A stretch of DNA of 64,000 nt, from positions 22,196,001-22,260,000 of the forward strand of contig JBHGNT010000006.1 in NCBI GenBank assembly GCA_043228905.1. The letters run 5' to 3'. The position numbers were made by a program, and so were the translations under genes. Source of the DNA: Azolla caroliniana. Taxonomy: Eukaryota > Plantae > Polypodiophyta. Every line of letters starts with the position of its first letter. Within the stretch, counting starts at the first letter, position 1. This document shows, piece after piece, positions 25,601-38,745 of this stretch. Under the pieces are notes generated by a model. The model saw nothing but the letters and a program-made list of their open reading frames with translations, searched no databases and was not told the origin of the DNA.

Positions 25601-26757
25601 TCTTCTTCTAATTGGCTAAGGACATCAAATTTGTTTGCGAGATTCGGACTATTAGTACTATTAGGACTATTATGACTATGAGGACTATCAGAGATTCCTA
25701 CTGAAATAGACTCGGGTTTAGTATAGTCAGAACTAACAACGACTTGGTTTACCTGCCTTCTTGGTCTATGGGGACAGTTTATCGCGATATGCCCTGGTCC
25801 ACCGCAATAAAGGCATAATCGGTTTGTTCGGCGTCGTTGCTTTTCCTCCTCCGATAGCGGCCCACGACGACGTGTAGTGTCAATTTCCATTGGAGTTGGA
25901 GTACTTACTGGAGGCGCATTATGTGACTCCCTTTGAAAAGGTTTTGCTACCACTGAGGCATAGGTAGGCTCGGATCTTGCCCTCGGCATCTGAAATTATC
26001 GTTCTGAACGTCGCTCGAAGAGGCGGTTGTCACATCTTACCGCTCGACTGATTGCTTCTGTTAATGATTTTGGCTCTTCAGGGAAAGTCAAGAGTAAATC
26101 CTTGACATCGTTGCGTAGACCATAGCGGAACTGCTCCATCAATGCTTGATCATCCCAGGGGATATCGGCGGCGAGTAGGCGGAAATCTGCAGCATATGCG
26201 GAGGCTGGACGGTCACCTTGGCGTAATCGCCGGATTTTGTTGATTGCAGTCCTTATGCTGTCAGTATCTCCAAAACATGCTTTAAACTCACTTATGAATT
26301 CTTCAAAATTATTTAGTACTGGAGATTCCTTTTCTAGTAGCGGAGCGAACCATGCTAATGCTGAGCCATTTAACAACGTGCCTACTAAACCCACTCGTGA
26401 TGCATTGGTGGGATATCGGGACGGATGCATTTGAATAACTAACCGTACCTGGTTAAGAAACCCTCTAAACTGCGATCGCGTTCCATCGAACTTCGTGGGA
26501 AGGCCAATCTTGGGTTCTTTATGAATTCCTTGTGCTCCGTGCCCTTGTTGTTGCATTGCTACGATGGTTGCTTCGAGTTGTTGCACGCGTAACGCAAGTT
26601 CCCCATGCTGTTGTTGCGTTTGCTGCTTTTCTAAGGAAATTTGCTGAAGATCCCCCAACAAGCGTTGATTTTCTTGTTCCAAAGCATGAAACTTCTCTTT
26701 CAAGCATTGAAATTCCGAGAAAACGGATTGATACTCTTCAGCGCTAACGGTGGCCAT
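25588..26757 (-). pseudogene. gag: Chromovirus Gag with one in-frame TAA at 25996-25998
   Basis: ORFs 25996-26757 and 25588-25989 share a frame. Capsid motifs (KFDG, LRQG), PMEID, and [14 protein letters not shown] knuckle. Confidence 0.88.
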
Positions 26758-26858
26758 GGGATGAAGGAAAAGGGAAATAAGAGACTAGTAGGAAAGGAGG
26801 GAGACAGAAGGAAGAGGGAGAGAAAAGACCAGACAGGCACCCGAAAATCGGTTCAAAC

Positions 26859-26992
26859 TGTCAGGAACTCTATTAAGGCAGAGAAGGAATTAGTACTAAA
26901 AGAAGGATTAGTACTATTGTTGGGGAATAGTACTAAGACAGAGAAGGATTAGTACTATGAGAGGTGTCGAACTTTTGAGAGAAGGAATGAGT

Positions 26993-27038
<46 letters not shown>

Positions 27039-27328
27039 TGATGCGAAAGATATATGTATTATATGAAGGAAGATATACAACAGTAGTTAGAAGGCTTAAG
27101 ACTGGCGTTGAACCGATTTGGTTCGAACTAATGCCTTGCGCCTCCTTTTATAGTGTCTTCAGGAATACTCCTGAAGTTTCTAGAATGTTCCAGAGAAATC
27201 TGGAATATACATCAATTTCCCAATAAAACCTAAATGAAAATAATATCCTTCAAATTACAATTCATAACCTAATGGTAAAGTCTCGACCCGTGTAACAAAA
27301 GGTTATGGGTTCGAGTCTAGTTATGACA
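26859..27328 (-). repeat. 5' LTR of chromovirus (470 bp)
   Basis: Same termini as the 3' LTR; TATAAAA on the minus strand at 27146-27152. Confidence 0.95.
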
Positions 27329-27676
27329 CTTATATTGAGCCGATTGAAAGGTATAACTAGGTTCATCTCCCTTGATCCATTTCCATACATCCCTTAACAT
27401 GACTTCAGTCTCAAAATCTCCCCATTCTTGAGCCTTTGGTCCATCCATAATAGAGTGGATAGATGTTAATTGATTTGTCTCACAACAAACATTAAAATCT
27501 CCCATCAATAAACCCAGTCTACCATTATCAAGCACTGAGTTTAGAGATCTCCATAACATTTGTTCTTGTGAAACATTTGATGCATACACACCAACTAATC
27601 AAAGAGCTTGCCCTTTATAACATATCTCTACCACAATAAATCTTCCTAATTCATCTGAGACAATTACTTTTGGGTG

Positions 27677-27719
<43 letters not shown>

Positions 27720-27722
<3 letters not shown>

Positions 27723-28140
27723 AAATGCCCCCCTCCTCTGTTTTGGCTATTTCCGATACTACCCCTGCATTTGACTTCCTTTTCTTTTCATCCTCTCTCT
27801 CCCTCTCTCTCTCCAGATGCCCCTCCTTTGTTTTGGTCATTTTCAAAACCACTCCTATTTTTATTTTATTCCTCTCTCTTGGTGCACCTCCCCACCAGGA
27901 TTTGGTTCTTTTCAAAACTACCCCTCCAATTTGTCTTCGTTTTTTTTTTTCTTTTTATCATCTCTTCGAATGCCCCCTCCGGTTTTGGTTATTTGCAAAA
28001 CTACACCTTTCGTTTCTCTACGTTTTTATCATCTCTCATGGATGCCCCTCCATCCATCAGTTTTGGTTATTTGCAAAAACTGCCCTTGTATTTCTCTTTT
28101 GCTCTTTGATATTTTGTTATTTGCCAAACATACCCCTTAA
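27720..28140. repeat. Degenerate ~70-90 bp tandem array (atgcccctcc..ttttggttatttgcaaaactacccct); another unit at ~18480-18550
   Basis: Five to six units here and one on the far side of the LINE, next to the BET1 5' end. Confidence 0.65.
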
Positions 28141-29338
28141 AACACATTCGCGTTCACAAGTGGAAGCATCACAGATTGCACTTTTAGATTCCTTTTATAA
28201 TTGTGCAACTTTAGGCTATTTACAAAAAACTTGATACACCAGTATCACATGTTCTTGCAACCATACAACGTTTGCTAATTTAATAATATTTAGTAAGTTC
28301 AAGAAATTGAAACATTAAGTTAAAACGTATATTTCTAAAGTTGATGATATGAAATACGAAATATAATTAAATCCAACAACATCATAAATGACTTATTAAG
28401 ATTTAACACATTGGTAAAACTCTAAAACATGTAATTTTCTGAACATTCATTAAGTTGATGATTTCCAATTAATGAAATGTAAAACATCACAGATGGCTAC
28501 AGAAATTGGAGTGGATATACGATGGCAGTACGTAGTACCGAGATGGATGTTCCCCCCTCCCATTAGATGATAGAGGGGCGTGAATGACACGACAAACATG
28601 GAGAACAAACATGTGGGCTATTTAGTGTAAGATAAATAAGTGATGTAGCCCATATGGAAGTAGGTAATGTCTAAAGCTATGTATTGTAGGCCTTTTAACT
28701 AATGGAGTATATTCTTCTTTGGAAAAAAAAAAACACCAATATCACAATGGTTTTCACATTTGTCACTTGTTAAACTGTATAAATAGTCATATTAAACTAA
28801 GAATCTTTCTTGAAAAGGTTCACGTGTCAATGTCTAAATATAAAATGAGGTTAAATTGAAGAGGAGCACAATTGATCTAATAAGCTTTTGATCTCTAGGT
28901 TTTAGCATTGCGAAGGGTTGACATGTGTTGAAGAAGGGGAAGTAATATCTATACTTATTGATTAAGTATTGGACATTGTAATACTTAGTGATTATAATGT
29001 TTGCTATGACAGGTGATAGTCAAATTTTCTAAAATGGAACAATATTAAGTTAAAACAATAGTTTAAGCAATATCCAAAATGTGCATCATTTTTCCCAATT
29101 GTTAACAGTAATCAGACCATGATAAAACATATGTACGCAATAATCTCAGTAATGTAGATTGTACCAACAGTGTCAATATAACATCCAAACTTAAGCCACA
29201 TCTCGTTCACAAGTTTAAATGCAACAATAATCAAATTGTAGTTGACGATAAAATGAATATGAAAGCATCGTATAAGTGAGTGAAATATAGATTAAAATGT
29301 TACAATTGATAATGAAACTTAGATTACAATCTTAATAT

Positions 29339-30026
29339 TGTTGAGATATGAACTGTAGACAAATGAGAAAAAATGTGCTGAAAAGTACAAACAAGAAACG
29401 AAGGAAAAACAACAAATGCATTGAATACACAGAGTTTAATGTGGAAACCCTAAAACAAGGAAAAACCTCGGGAGAACAGGTCTTCACTATAATAGTGGAT
29501 GTACAAGAGAAGGATAAAACAGATTACAACACTCTCATATAGAGTGTACCAGCCACACAGGGCTCTTGACGTCTACTGTTACACACACAACTATGGTGCC
29601 GCTCACGCTCTTTCGCATCTCACACTTCTTCTCTACACTCTACAGAAACTCTATTCTACATCACACTCATAATGGTTGCCCTAGGTGCATTTATACTTAT
29701 ACACAGTATGGGCTATTTACAAATGTAGTCCTTATTACTACTACTACTATTATTATAGTAACAACAATAGTAGTTAATCAGCTGACTGGTCAACTAGTCG
29801 ATTTGACTAGCCGACTCCTATGTCGGCTATCCAATCGGCCTGACTAGTTGGTCGTGTCTTCGACTTGGATCATTTACTATCAACTCTCCATGTCGACTCT
29901 TTGTGTCTTCGACCGTCAACTCTCAGCTCGACCAGTCGGCTACTCCTTGTCTTCAACTATCGGCTCTTACTCAATCTAATAGTCAACTCCTCCCACATGA
30001 GGGACAAATTCCAAACAAATATAACA
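29339..30026. mobile_element. Probable solo LTR (Copia-type)
   Basis: Starts tgttgaga and ends ..taaca; contains acacagagtttaatgtggaaaccc...ggaaaaacctcggg and gtcgac-rich repeats. No clear TSD. Confidence 0.45.
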
Positions 30027-30289
30027 TTCCAAAATAATGTTAACTCACATGGCTATAAAGGTAATGCGCTCGCGTACTAAAACATTATAATGCATAGACA
30101 ATAAATTGATTATATCAAACAAAGAACAAAATGAAATTTAGTAGCTAGAATGACCATTAGATTAAAATGTTAAGATTATGGGCATGAAACTTAAATTATA
30201 ATGTACTCTTATTAACATCACAAAGTAATGTTTCACATTGTTAAAAGAACATACGTTCAAAATTTAACACGTTTGTTACTAATAACACA

Positions 30290-30975
30290 TTCCGTCAAAA
30301 ACAATGGAGGAACAACTCCGTCAACCTCTATTTTGGAACCCCAGGATTCGAAGTGATGACGGTATGATGCTTGGTTAGAAAAAATACTTGCCATGGGGAA
30401 AAATGGTAGAGTACAATGTTAGTTCAGTAAGAGACTGGGAGGAGTTCAAAAGGAGAAGAAGGGAGGGACTGGTTGGTAGCCCTAGATTTACTGGCAGGTT
30501 GGAAAAGATTACCCATTTGATAGATAAGGCTGTTGATGGTCTAGCTAGGCTGAATGAAGAAGAGGGGGTCTGGTTTGGGTGGTTTGTGGGTGAGGACGAT
30601 GCACAAATTATCCGAGGCAGGTGCCCATCTAATGAGTATCGGTGGTGGGGCAACCTAAGTGCTTTGGTAGACAATGACCAGTGGTTGGCAGTACGAGTGG
30701 CAATGCTGGAAGGTAAGAAGTGGCAAGTAAACCCGGACCCAGGGAAGCTGCAATCTGATTGTAAGCTTTGGATAGTTGACAACAAGCCCATATGTGATCT
30801 GGATTGGGATCCACTAGAGGTGTGGTGGCAGAAACCGGGAACGGACAAACTTAAACGGTTTTTCGAGTACACTACCAAGCTAGGAAGGCAAATCATTGGA
30901 TCTAAATCGATGGGTGTTGCCCTAACTCGCAATAGCTGGAAGGATAAAGGCATTTCTGATGGAATTCGATACATT
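30290..30975 (+). mobile_element. LINE fragment (post-RT region) related to the LINE at 41-50.8 kb
   Basis: QPLFWNPRIR / WQVNPDP / LDWDPLEVWW align with RILWNPCIR / WIVDPDP / VSWDPLQWTW of the 43.5-50 kb LINE. Confidence 0.7.
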
Positions 30976-31769
30976 GTATCAACTTGTGATGAAACTCTGG
31001 TTTTTTCATCACTTCAAAATTTTAATTTTTTTTAAAAACAAAAAAAATCAAATTTGTTTTTTAAAAAACCCCAAAAAAGAACTTTAAACATGAACTCAAT
31101 ACAATGTGTGAGATTACATCTTAAGTGATATCTCATCTTTGCAAATAACAAATCAAAATAAATAAATGTTACCAAGTAAATAAGTAAATCATATAAAAGA
31201 GACAAAAGAATCTTATTACATGAAATGTACGATTCTCAAGTCAAATATATTGTAATTTTTTCCTTCGAAATATCTATAACATAAGTAGATCCAGAATGAG
31301 GAGATCTCCGAAGTGAGGCAAACGCCTATAATGACGATAGATAATGGCCTTTTACTGTCAAAGTCAACGGTGATGAAATTGAGGTCCATGAGGCCAAGAC
31401 CTATGTGCATGACAAATTGTTATTGCCTAATTTATTGTAAACACTTTGTTATGCCCTGGTTGGGAGCCCATTTGAGTAGCCTTGGATTGACTCATAGCAC
31501 GAGTAAGAGTCATGAGGATAAAAAAAGTTGTGATTGTTCTTTGTTGATAAGCTTTTGTGGTTGTAAAGTTGTCCTTCAGTAGCTTTTCCCTCTGGCTCTT
31601 GAGTTCTAACAAGAAAATCCACAAGCATCATTGGTCCTCATATTCCATTACCTTGGGTAGTGGGCCAAAGTCTTGTTTAAAGAGGCAATGATATCTCCCT
31701 CTTATTTCATAAGATACTACAATGACAAACATAGTGTTCTTTCACTTCCACTTTGGGCTCCCTTCCACT

Positions 31770-32120
31770 CCGGACTCCCTTCAATTATGCGCTTTGTTTG
31801 AGTATGCATTCCCTTCAAATTTAAGCTCTATTCAAGTTTGTATTCCATTCGACTCTGTGCTCCATTCGAGTTTGAGCTCTCTTCGACTTTGGGCATTGTT
31901 CAAGTATGACCTAATGTCATGTTTGATCAAACTTCGAATCTAGGCTATGTTTGACTTTGAGATCTATTCGAGTCTAAGATCTCTTCAAGTTTATGCTCCC
32001 TTCGAATGTGAGCTCTGTTCAACTCTACACTCCCCTCGAGTCTTATCTCTTTTTTACTGTGGGCTCTCTTCAACTCTGTGCTTTGTTAGAGTCTGAGCAC
32101 CCTTCGAGTTTTAGGATCCT
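31770..32120. repeat. Degenerate short tandem repeats (ttcgagtctgagctctcttcgactttg-like), probably TE-derived
   Basis: Recurrent ttcgagt/ctcttcaact motifs. Confidence 0.5.
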
Positions 32121-32877
32121 CCTTAATCCAAGATCCATGTGGTCCCACTTGATTAGCACACGCATGCACGTTTTCGTGACAACGCTCTGAAGTGTTATAC
32201 TAACACGTATTTCATAATATTATATTCGCTTGCATATGCATCATGTAAGTTGTAAGGTATGCATTTCATGTATCCCCGACTCTCTGTCTTTGATCGGTAT
32301 ATTTATAGTGTTTGCCAGGTGCTGACTATATTTGCGGAAGGGTTTCCAAAGCCGGGACTTATCCCTAGCTGCTGAAATACATACACGACTCGGATAAATA
32401 AACAGCCCAAGATGTGATGATAAATCTGACCAGTTATCTATGAGAGAATTTAGAAAACGGTGACTTGCCCTTCTTTACCCACGCCTCTTATCTTAAAGGG
32501 AAGTGACCTTTACTTTGCACACATTCACTTGGATAACTAGCTTATAACCATTAGGTCAACAGATGATTCGTTATCTTATGAGTGTGTAGTAAGCAATATT
32601 GCTTCATTAAAAATCAATTAATTGCAACAACTAAAGCACTCACATGTTTGCTACTATAGAAATTTTTTAATGTGTTTGTCTAGTAAGTTGTAGATGGGAT
32701 TATGTATGTGTTTTCTAGGTTTTTTTGCAATTATATCTAATTATGAATGTACTCAGAATTGTGATAAGGGTGAGCGCAAAATTTATGAGTGATAACCAAC
32801 GTAAATATCCACATATGGAAACGAGAAGAAGAAAAACATGTTTAGATGTAAAATCTACTAAATCAAAGAACACAAGC

Positions 32878-34975
32878 TCAATAAAGACGAAAACATATTC
32901 TATATCTTGAAGGTAATTGTCCAGATGCTCGGTATTTAGCAGCCACCTCTTCTGCTTTAAGAATTTCTTCACCATGGTTTGCCTCAGCAAATGCTCTTTC
33001 CTCTTCTGCTCTCATGTGAATTGCGGCTATCTCATTTCGTACCAATTCTACGCATGTTGCCTTCCTCTTTTCCAGCTTCTCCTGTGACAACGCAACCTTG
33101 TCATTTCATGTTGATGTCATAATAAAAGGCCAAAACATTTTTCTCGTGCACATTTTAAGTTAGCTCACATCAACTATTTAATAAAAAATACAAAAGATTT
33201 GAAGTGTCAATCTCGTGCATATATGTGAGTACATTTCCAACAAGATGAAATAAAAAAGGTTGAGAATAATAGAATTGCCTCTATGGCTTGTAAATGAGCC
33301 TCAATTTTCGACTTCTTGGCTTTCTCCCAAGCTGATATCTTGGCTACCTTTTTGCTATACCTACAATTTGCAATATAATGAAAGTCCCAGTTTGTTAGAT
33401 AAAAAAGATTGCTTCCGAATATTTTCAAATTGCTATAATGTCTCCAATAGATGGAATTTGTTAAATACAGGAAATTGACCTATTTGAAGCCTTCGCTTTT
33501 ACATTATCTTCCCATGCCTTTATTAGTGAGAGCACCTTTTCTTGCTTCATCTTTGCAGATAATATCTCTGGGAAACTTCATCATTTTAGGTCATGTCCCA
33601 AATACCATGAACATGATTAGAATGGTAAATGCATCAACAAATATGTTGGGTGAATGAATGGATAGTATCTATCTCTAGATCTATATATGTATATCAATTA
33701 TGTCCTTTATTTTCACAAAATTGTGATAAGATGAATTTTCATGCAGCATGTCAAATGGTAGATCATGTAATGGTTTATGTTGGAGTTAAAGGTAGAATAA
33801 TCACTCTCTTAATGAACAATTTTTGAAATTTTTGAGAATAGTTTGTGTCTTCTATCTTGAAAATTTATGATACATTGGATTTTACTTCAATTTTTTTTTA
33901 AATAGATCGTACAATTCGTGGATTGGAGGTGTCGACATATATTGAGTGTACAAGTTAGTCATCAACCATGGTGTATGTGATGAGAGCTTTGGATGCATTA
34001 ATGAACCTTGGCAAATAATGTGTTATTCATTTCCATTATGTGTTATATGTCAAGAACCTTGGCAAATAATTAGAGTGACATTTTGTCAAAGGCATTGATG
34101 AAAGAGCATAAGGTAAGATGTAAAAGAGCAAACCTTTGTTCAGAGAGCCCGGAGTATTTGCAATTAGGCTTGTCGTGGATAGATCGGTCCTCTCACTGTC
34201 TAAATGACCTGAAATTTTGTTAAGTAAACTACTCGAAATATAACATTGGCACAATCATTTCACGTTTAGGATATACATAAAATAAGAAGTGCACATGTAT
34301 AATCTTGATTAGATGTCATGTATTAGAATATTGGAGATAGACCTGGCATTTTTATGTGGATGTCTCTCAACATCATAAATTAAGGCTATGTGCATGGACA
34401 TATTATATGGACTTATAAAGAGAGAGAGTGAAGAGGGGCTTCGGTAAACAATAAATATTATGCCTTGGATGAAGATATATGTCTATAAGATAGTCTAAAC
34501 TATGTATAGGACTAGAATCCGGGAAACAACATTATTACAAAAACAAACAATATAAAATAGAATGTGGCATATTATATAGATATAGACTACGATAAACAAT
34601 ATTGGTGAAATAGCTTTGTTACATTGCAGTAAACAAATATATAGTGTTAGACCAAGATATATAACTTTGCAAGTGATTTATTCAATGATTAGTCAAATAA
34701 ACAAATGAATAGGGTATCTCAAATTCACAATGACAAGGATAATAATAAACATTATCATACACTTCAAAGCTACACAGAAATAAAGTCATCAAGTCCCACT
34801 TACTATAGCTATTGTACGAGTTGACAAGAACCAAAGCTTTTGATTCATTATTGGTGGGTTGTTCATTGGTTGGTGATTGTTGTTCTTCGTGAAGGTTCTG
34901 ATGATGATTATCTGATCCCACAATATTGTTCATTGGACTGTTGTTCATGTTCAACGTCAAGCTTTCGTCCTCCAT
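32878..34975 (-). CDS. Remorin (group 1-like), 206 aa; exons 34804-34975, 34134-34208, 33480-33567, 33279-33360, 32878-33081
   Basis: ESKALVLV, SLIKAWED..KAKASNR, KISAWEKAKKSKIEA, EKLEKRKA, IAAIHMRAEEERAFAEA, EEILKAEEVAAKYRASG. Exon phases are consistent; intron 4 uses a GC donor. Confidence 0.9.
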
Positions 34976-37900
34976 AAACCTTATCGTTGGTGGAGATGGG
35001 GGGGTTTGCAAAATCACAATTCAACAAATATCAAATAAAGCAAAATGATTTCGATATGCAAAACTTTTGACTTAGAACACAAAATTCCAATGCAAATTTC
35101 CCTACACACTCATCTGTGTTAATGTAAATGAATGGGTAATGAGTGAGAGAATGAAGGGTGTATAAAGGGAAGAAGAAGAATGGAGAATGAATAATGAAGA
35201 AAATTTGCAAAAGAAAGTAAAGCAATGAGAAGATTACCTACTAGTAGGGTTCTGTTAAGTTCCTCCTCAAAAAGAAGAGAGAAAAAGAGATGTAACAACA
35301 AAGCTTAATAGTCTTCTTCTTTTTTGAAAATAGAGAGATCATGCAAATTTTGTTGGCTCCAACCCATCTTGTCCTTAACCTTAGTACACCCACGTACACC
35401 CACGTTTATGAAACAAATACACACACACACACAATCTCCCTCACTTATATCATATATATCAGCACACAGGGTGTGACATAACTGCATTTTTCTTCTATGT
35501 ATATGGATAAATGGCTAATTTAATGATTGCATTCATATACAAATATGTATTTATGATGGATTGGAATGAATGTGCATATGCATGCATACATAGAGGATAA
35601 AGACTACGGATTTGCACATGTAATTATGGATGTTGATGTATTTGTGAATGTATGAGGTGGTGAACAGAAATAAATGAATGTATTAGACAATATGTTTGTG
35701 GTTTATGCGTGCATGTGTGTGTATGTATGTATGTATGAAGTGAACAAAAATAAATGCATTTACTAGTCGACATGCATGTATGTATGCAACCATAGGGGAA
35801 TGAATGTGTGTACATCAAAATATCCAATATATATCACAATGGTAAATCCATCTTGATGCTAGTTTTCATCATTGTTGTAGTGACTACCTTTTTGAAGACG
35901 TGGTATGTTGACAGGGGGTCTCCACTACTACACATGTTGATTCATGTGGGTAGGAGGGTTCTAATAGATTGTATGGATACTTTGTAGCCTTTGGGCATCT
36001 TTTCATTAATACCACGGTGAATCTTGATTTAATAAAAGAAGACATGACATGATGACTCTATCTGACTCAATAGAAATTTCATGAACACCAATGTTTTTTC
36101 TCTTAACGAAATCATTATTGCCATTTGTGGCAACCAAAGTCAACAATAAAGAGCCAAGATCTATTTATCGGCTCATCATATGTTTGAAATCATGTATTTT
36201 AAACATTGCGAGTGTAGCAAAGTCTACACGCATGGTACTATTTGTTGCTAGATACAAATTATTAGCAATTATCCAACTTAAGATCGAGCTACAAAATAAG
36301 TTCTAATTTACTTGACAATACCAAAGCCAGTGACTAAAATAAGGACAACCTAATAACCATGTTGCTTGTTCATTTACTTGTATCATATAACCACTCTTTA
36401 ATTTTATAATTGAATTAATACGAAAACAAGCTTATACACTATAACCCCTCACAAAGTACAAAGGGTTTGCCATGTAATTAATTGATGAAACATATTTTAG
36501 TAAGTTTTTAACATTGTGATAATATTTAGGGAGACTTGATTAGATGCAAAACTTCAAAATATGATGCTATCATAAGGAAACTCAAAGCTATAAATTTCTT
36601 TCATTGTATGTACATATACATATACCTGTGCAATCTCAAGGGCTATGTGTTTTGTCGACATTTTCTCAATGCACCATGTACATGCCATCATACAAGAGTA
36701 TCAAATTTCCCCGTATATTATGCATGATCGCACATGTTCATAACAACAATTTCATATATGTATCTTTGTTCAAACACATGCTTTTATTGTTTATTGATTC
36801 TCACATGTGAAAGTAACCAAAATAAGTCCTACAATGGAGAAGCCAATTGTGTGACCAATGCCGTTGATGTGATCAAGTTGGTTATAAATCATTTCATCAA
36901 GGAAGTTAAATTTCTGCTGCATTGACGTACCTTCTTTTGAGTTATTTTTATGATTAACCTTATTTTGAACTAATTCAAGTATGTTGATTTTACTCGATGA
37001 AACTGTTAGAGCTTTTAGATGTTTTAGAAAGCTAAGATTCTCACAATTTAACAAACAAAAAGGTTATTAAAAATAATTATTTATTTGAGACAAGCAAAGA
37101 TAAAGGAATGGTTCATCGACAACTTGTTCAATTCGTGTACATGTTTGGAAATACACATTAAGACTTGAGATTATTTAATATCTTCTAAAAGTCAATTAAG
37201 TATAATGTAGCCATCGAGAATAACAAAGCCTCCATGTTAGGGTGTGAGAGAGTGTGTTATCGCAAGTGATGAGAATAACATGAATCTAAACCATTTTCCC
37301 TACTATGATATGATATTTTAGGGTCAAAAATCACATTTTGTATGGGCAACCCATACACATAACATATTGTCTAAATAAAACGTGTAAGATATGTCCATAC
37401 CATGAACTTTGGTCAATTTTCTTAAATTTACCTTTTGAGAGCAACTCATTATATTGTTCATTGTGATGGGATGTTTGGCCCCATAGTGGGTGTGGTGGAC
37501 AAAGCAAGAGAAATATGTGAGACGGATAAAGCACCTTTAAATGGACTTACAGAAAATGATAGACAATGTTGGTTAATAGTGGCATCCGTGCTTCTATTGC
37601 AAAAGTGGGACAAATACATGGCCGTAAATTTCATGTGCCGTCTCTCTTGGCAAGCCAAAGTAAGATAATCAATATTGTCATTTACATTTAACATCAATGT
37701 TGGAGCACTTTTTTCATTTTGAGAAATTATACTCGTTGATATCCTCTCTTATATTGATGCTAATCTTTTGGGATATTTTACTTGAGAAAATAATGCGTGT
37801 CAAGTTACAAAAGGCTTCCTAAAGTGGCTTTGAAATAAGCTCTTGATATGAGCACAATAGATGTAGAGTCAATAACCCACATGAGGGTTACGTGAATGAC

Positions 37901-38745
37901 CCATTTAGAAGCTCAATTTGTCAACACAATATATACCATTGATTTTTAATATTACCACAATCAATTCATTGGTAAAAAATATTCAAATATTAAGATCCAA
38001 ATTCCAAAGAGAATTCATGGCATGTGTGCATATATATATAACCAGGTAAAAAACTTAAAGTCATCCACAATTAAATGTCAAATAATTCTCTCATGAGCTA
38101 CCACGATTTGCTCTTCATTTATGCTTAGTAATAGTCACATAGAAGACATTATAACACATTCAAATACTTCACATTCCGGAAATAGAAATGTCAATGGAGC
38201 CGCTCCATAAGAATCTTAATTAGTTAGCATCTCCAACTCTAGCTAGAGTGATAGCCAACCATTCCTCCATTAAGCACTCTAATGCCAGAATTTATGCAAA
38301 TAACAATCTCAATTGAATGATTTAAACCAATGGTCTTCACTATAGTTCAATCATCAACTATATGAGGGGGAGATGGGGAGCAAAGATCATATGACACAAA
38401 ATTGTTAATCTTTTTAAAACATCACATTGAACAACATAGATCAAGTACATATTTGATATTGTCTTCATTTTAAAACGAAGGCAATATTTTCTGATATTTG
38501 ATAGACATTGAGATATTTGACATTTGATGAAGATTATAAACAACACATCCATGAAATATTGATGAGCAATAGTATACAATGTCTTTTGTTATGTTTGGCC
38601 CAACTTGATTGCCATTCTACAACTATAGAGAATAGATTTTTAATATTGCTTTTAGAGTAGATTGTGTTAAAATACATAGCTATATTTAGATATTACAATT
38701 TACGACAAATAAGTATGATAGAAGCTATTGACATGCTACTTAAAT

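Larger units (their letters stand above)
21538..27328 (-). mobile_element. Full-length Ty3/Gypsy chromovirus (Tcn1-like), very recent insertion
   Basis: TG..CA LTRs at 21538-22011 and 26859-27328, identical by eye except (GA)n length. 5-bp TSD CTTAT. PPT at ~22012-22025. Gag and pol present, with chromodomain. Confidence 0.95.
18550..27670 (-). mobile_element. Degenerate L1-like LINE (EN-RT-zf-RVT), split by the chromovirus into 27334-27670 and 18550-21537
   Basis: EN (VYASN, LMGDFN, RMYV, SNHFP), RT (WRPISL, LDIEKAYD, VRQGCPVSP, LADD) and zf (CFFCSVELEHSRHRFISC) motifs, with stops and frameshifts. Confidence 0.9.

Noticed and set aside
30375-31035. Overlapping 199-aa and 215-aa ORFs as novel genes
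   Set aside because: The + strand ORF is a LINE fragment and the - strand ORF is its shadow.
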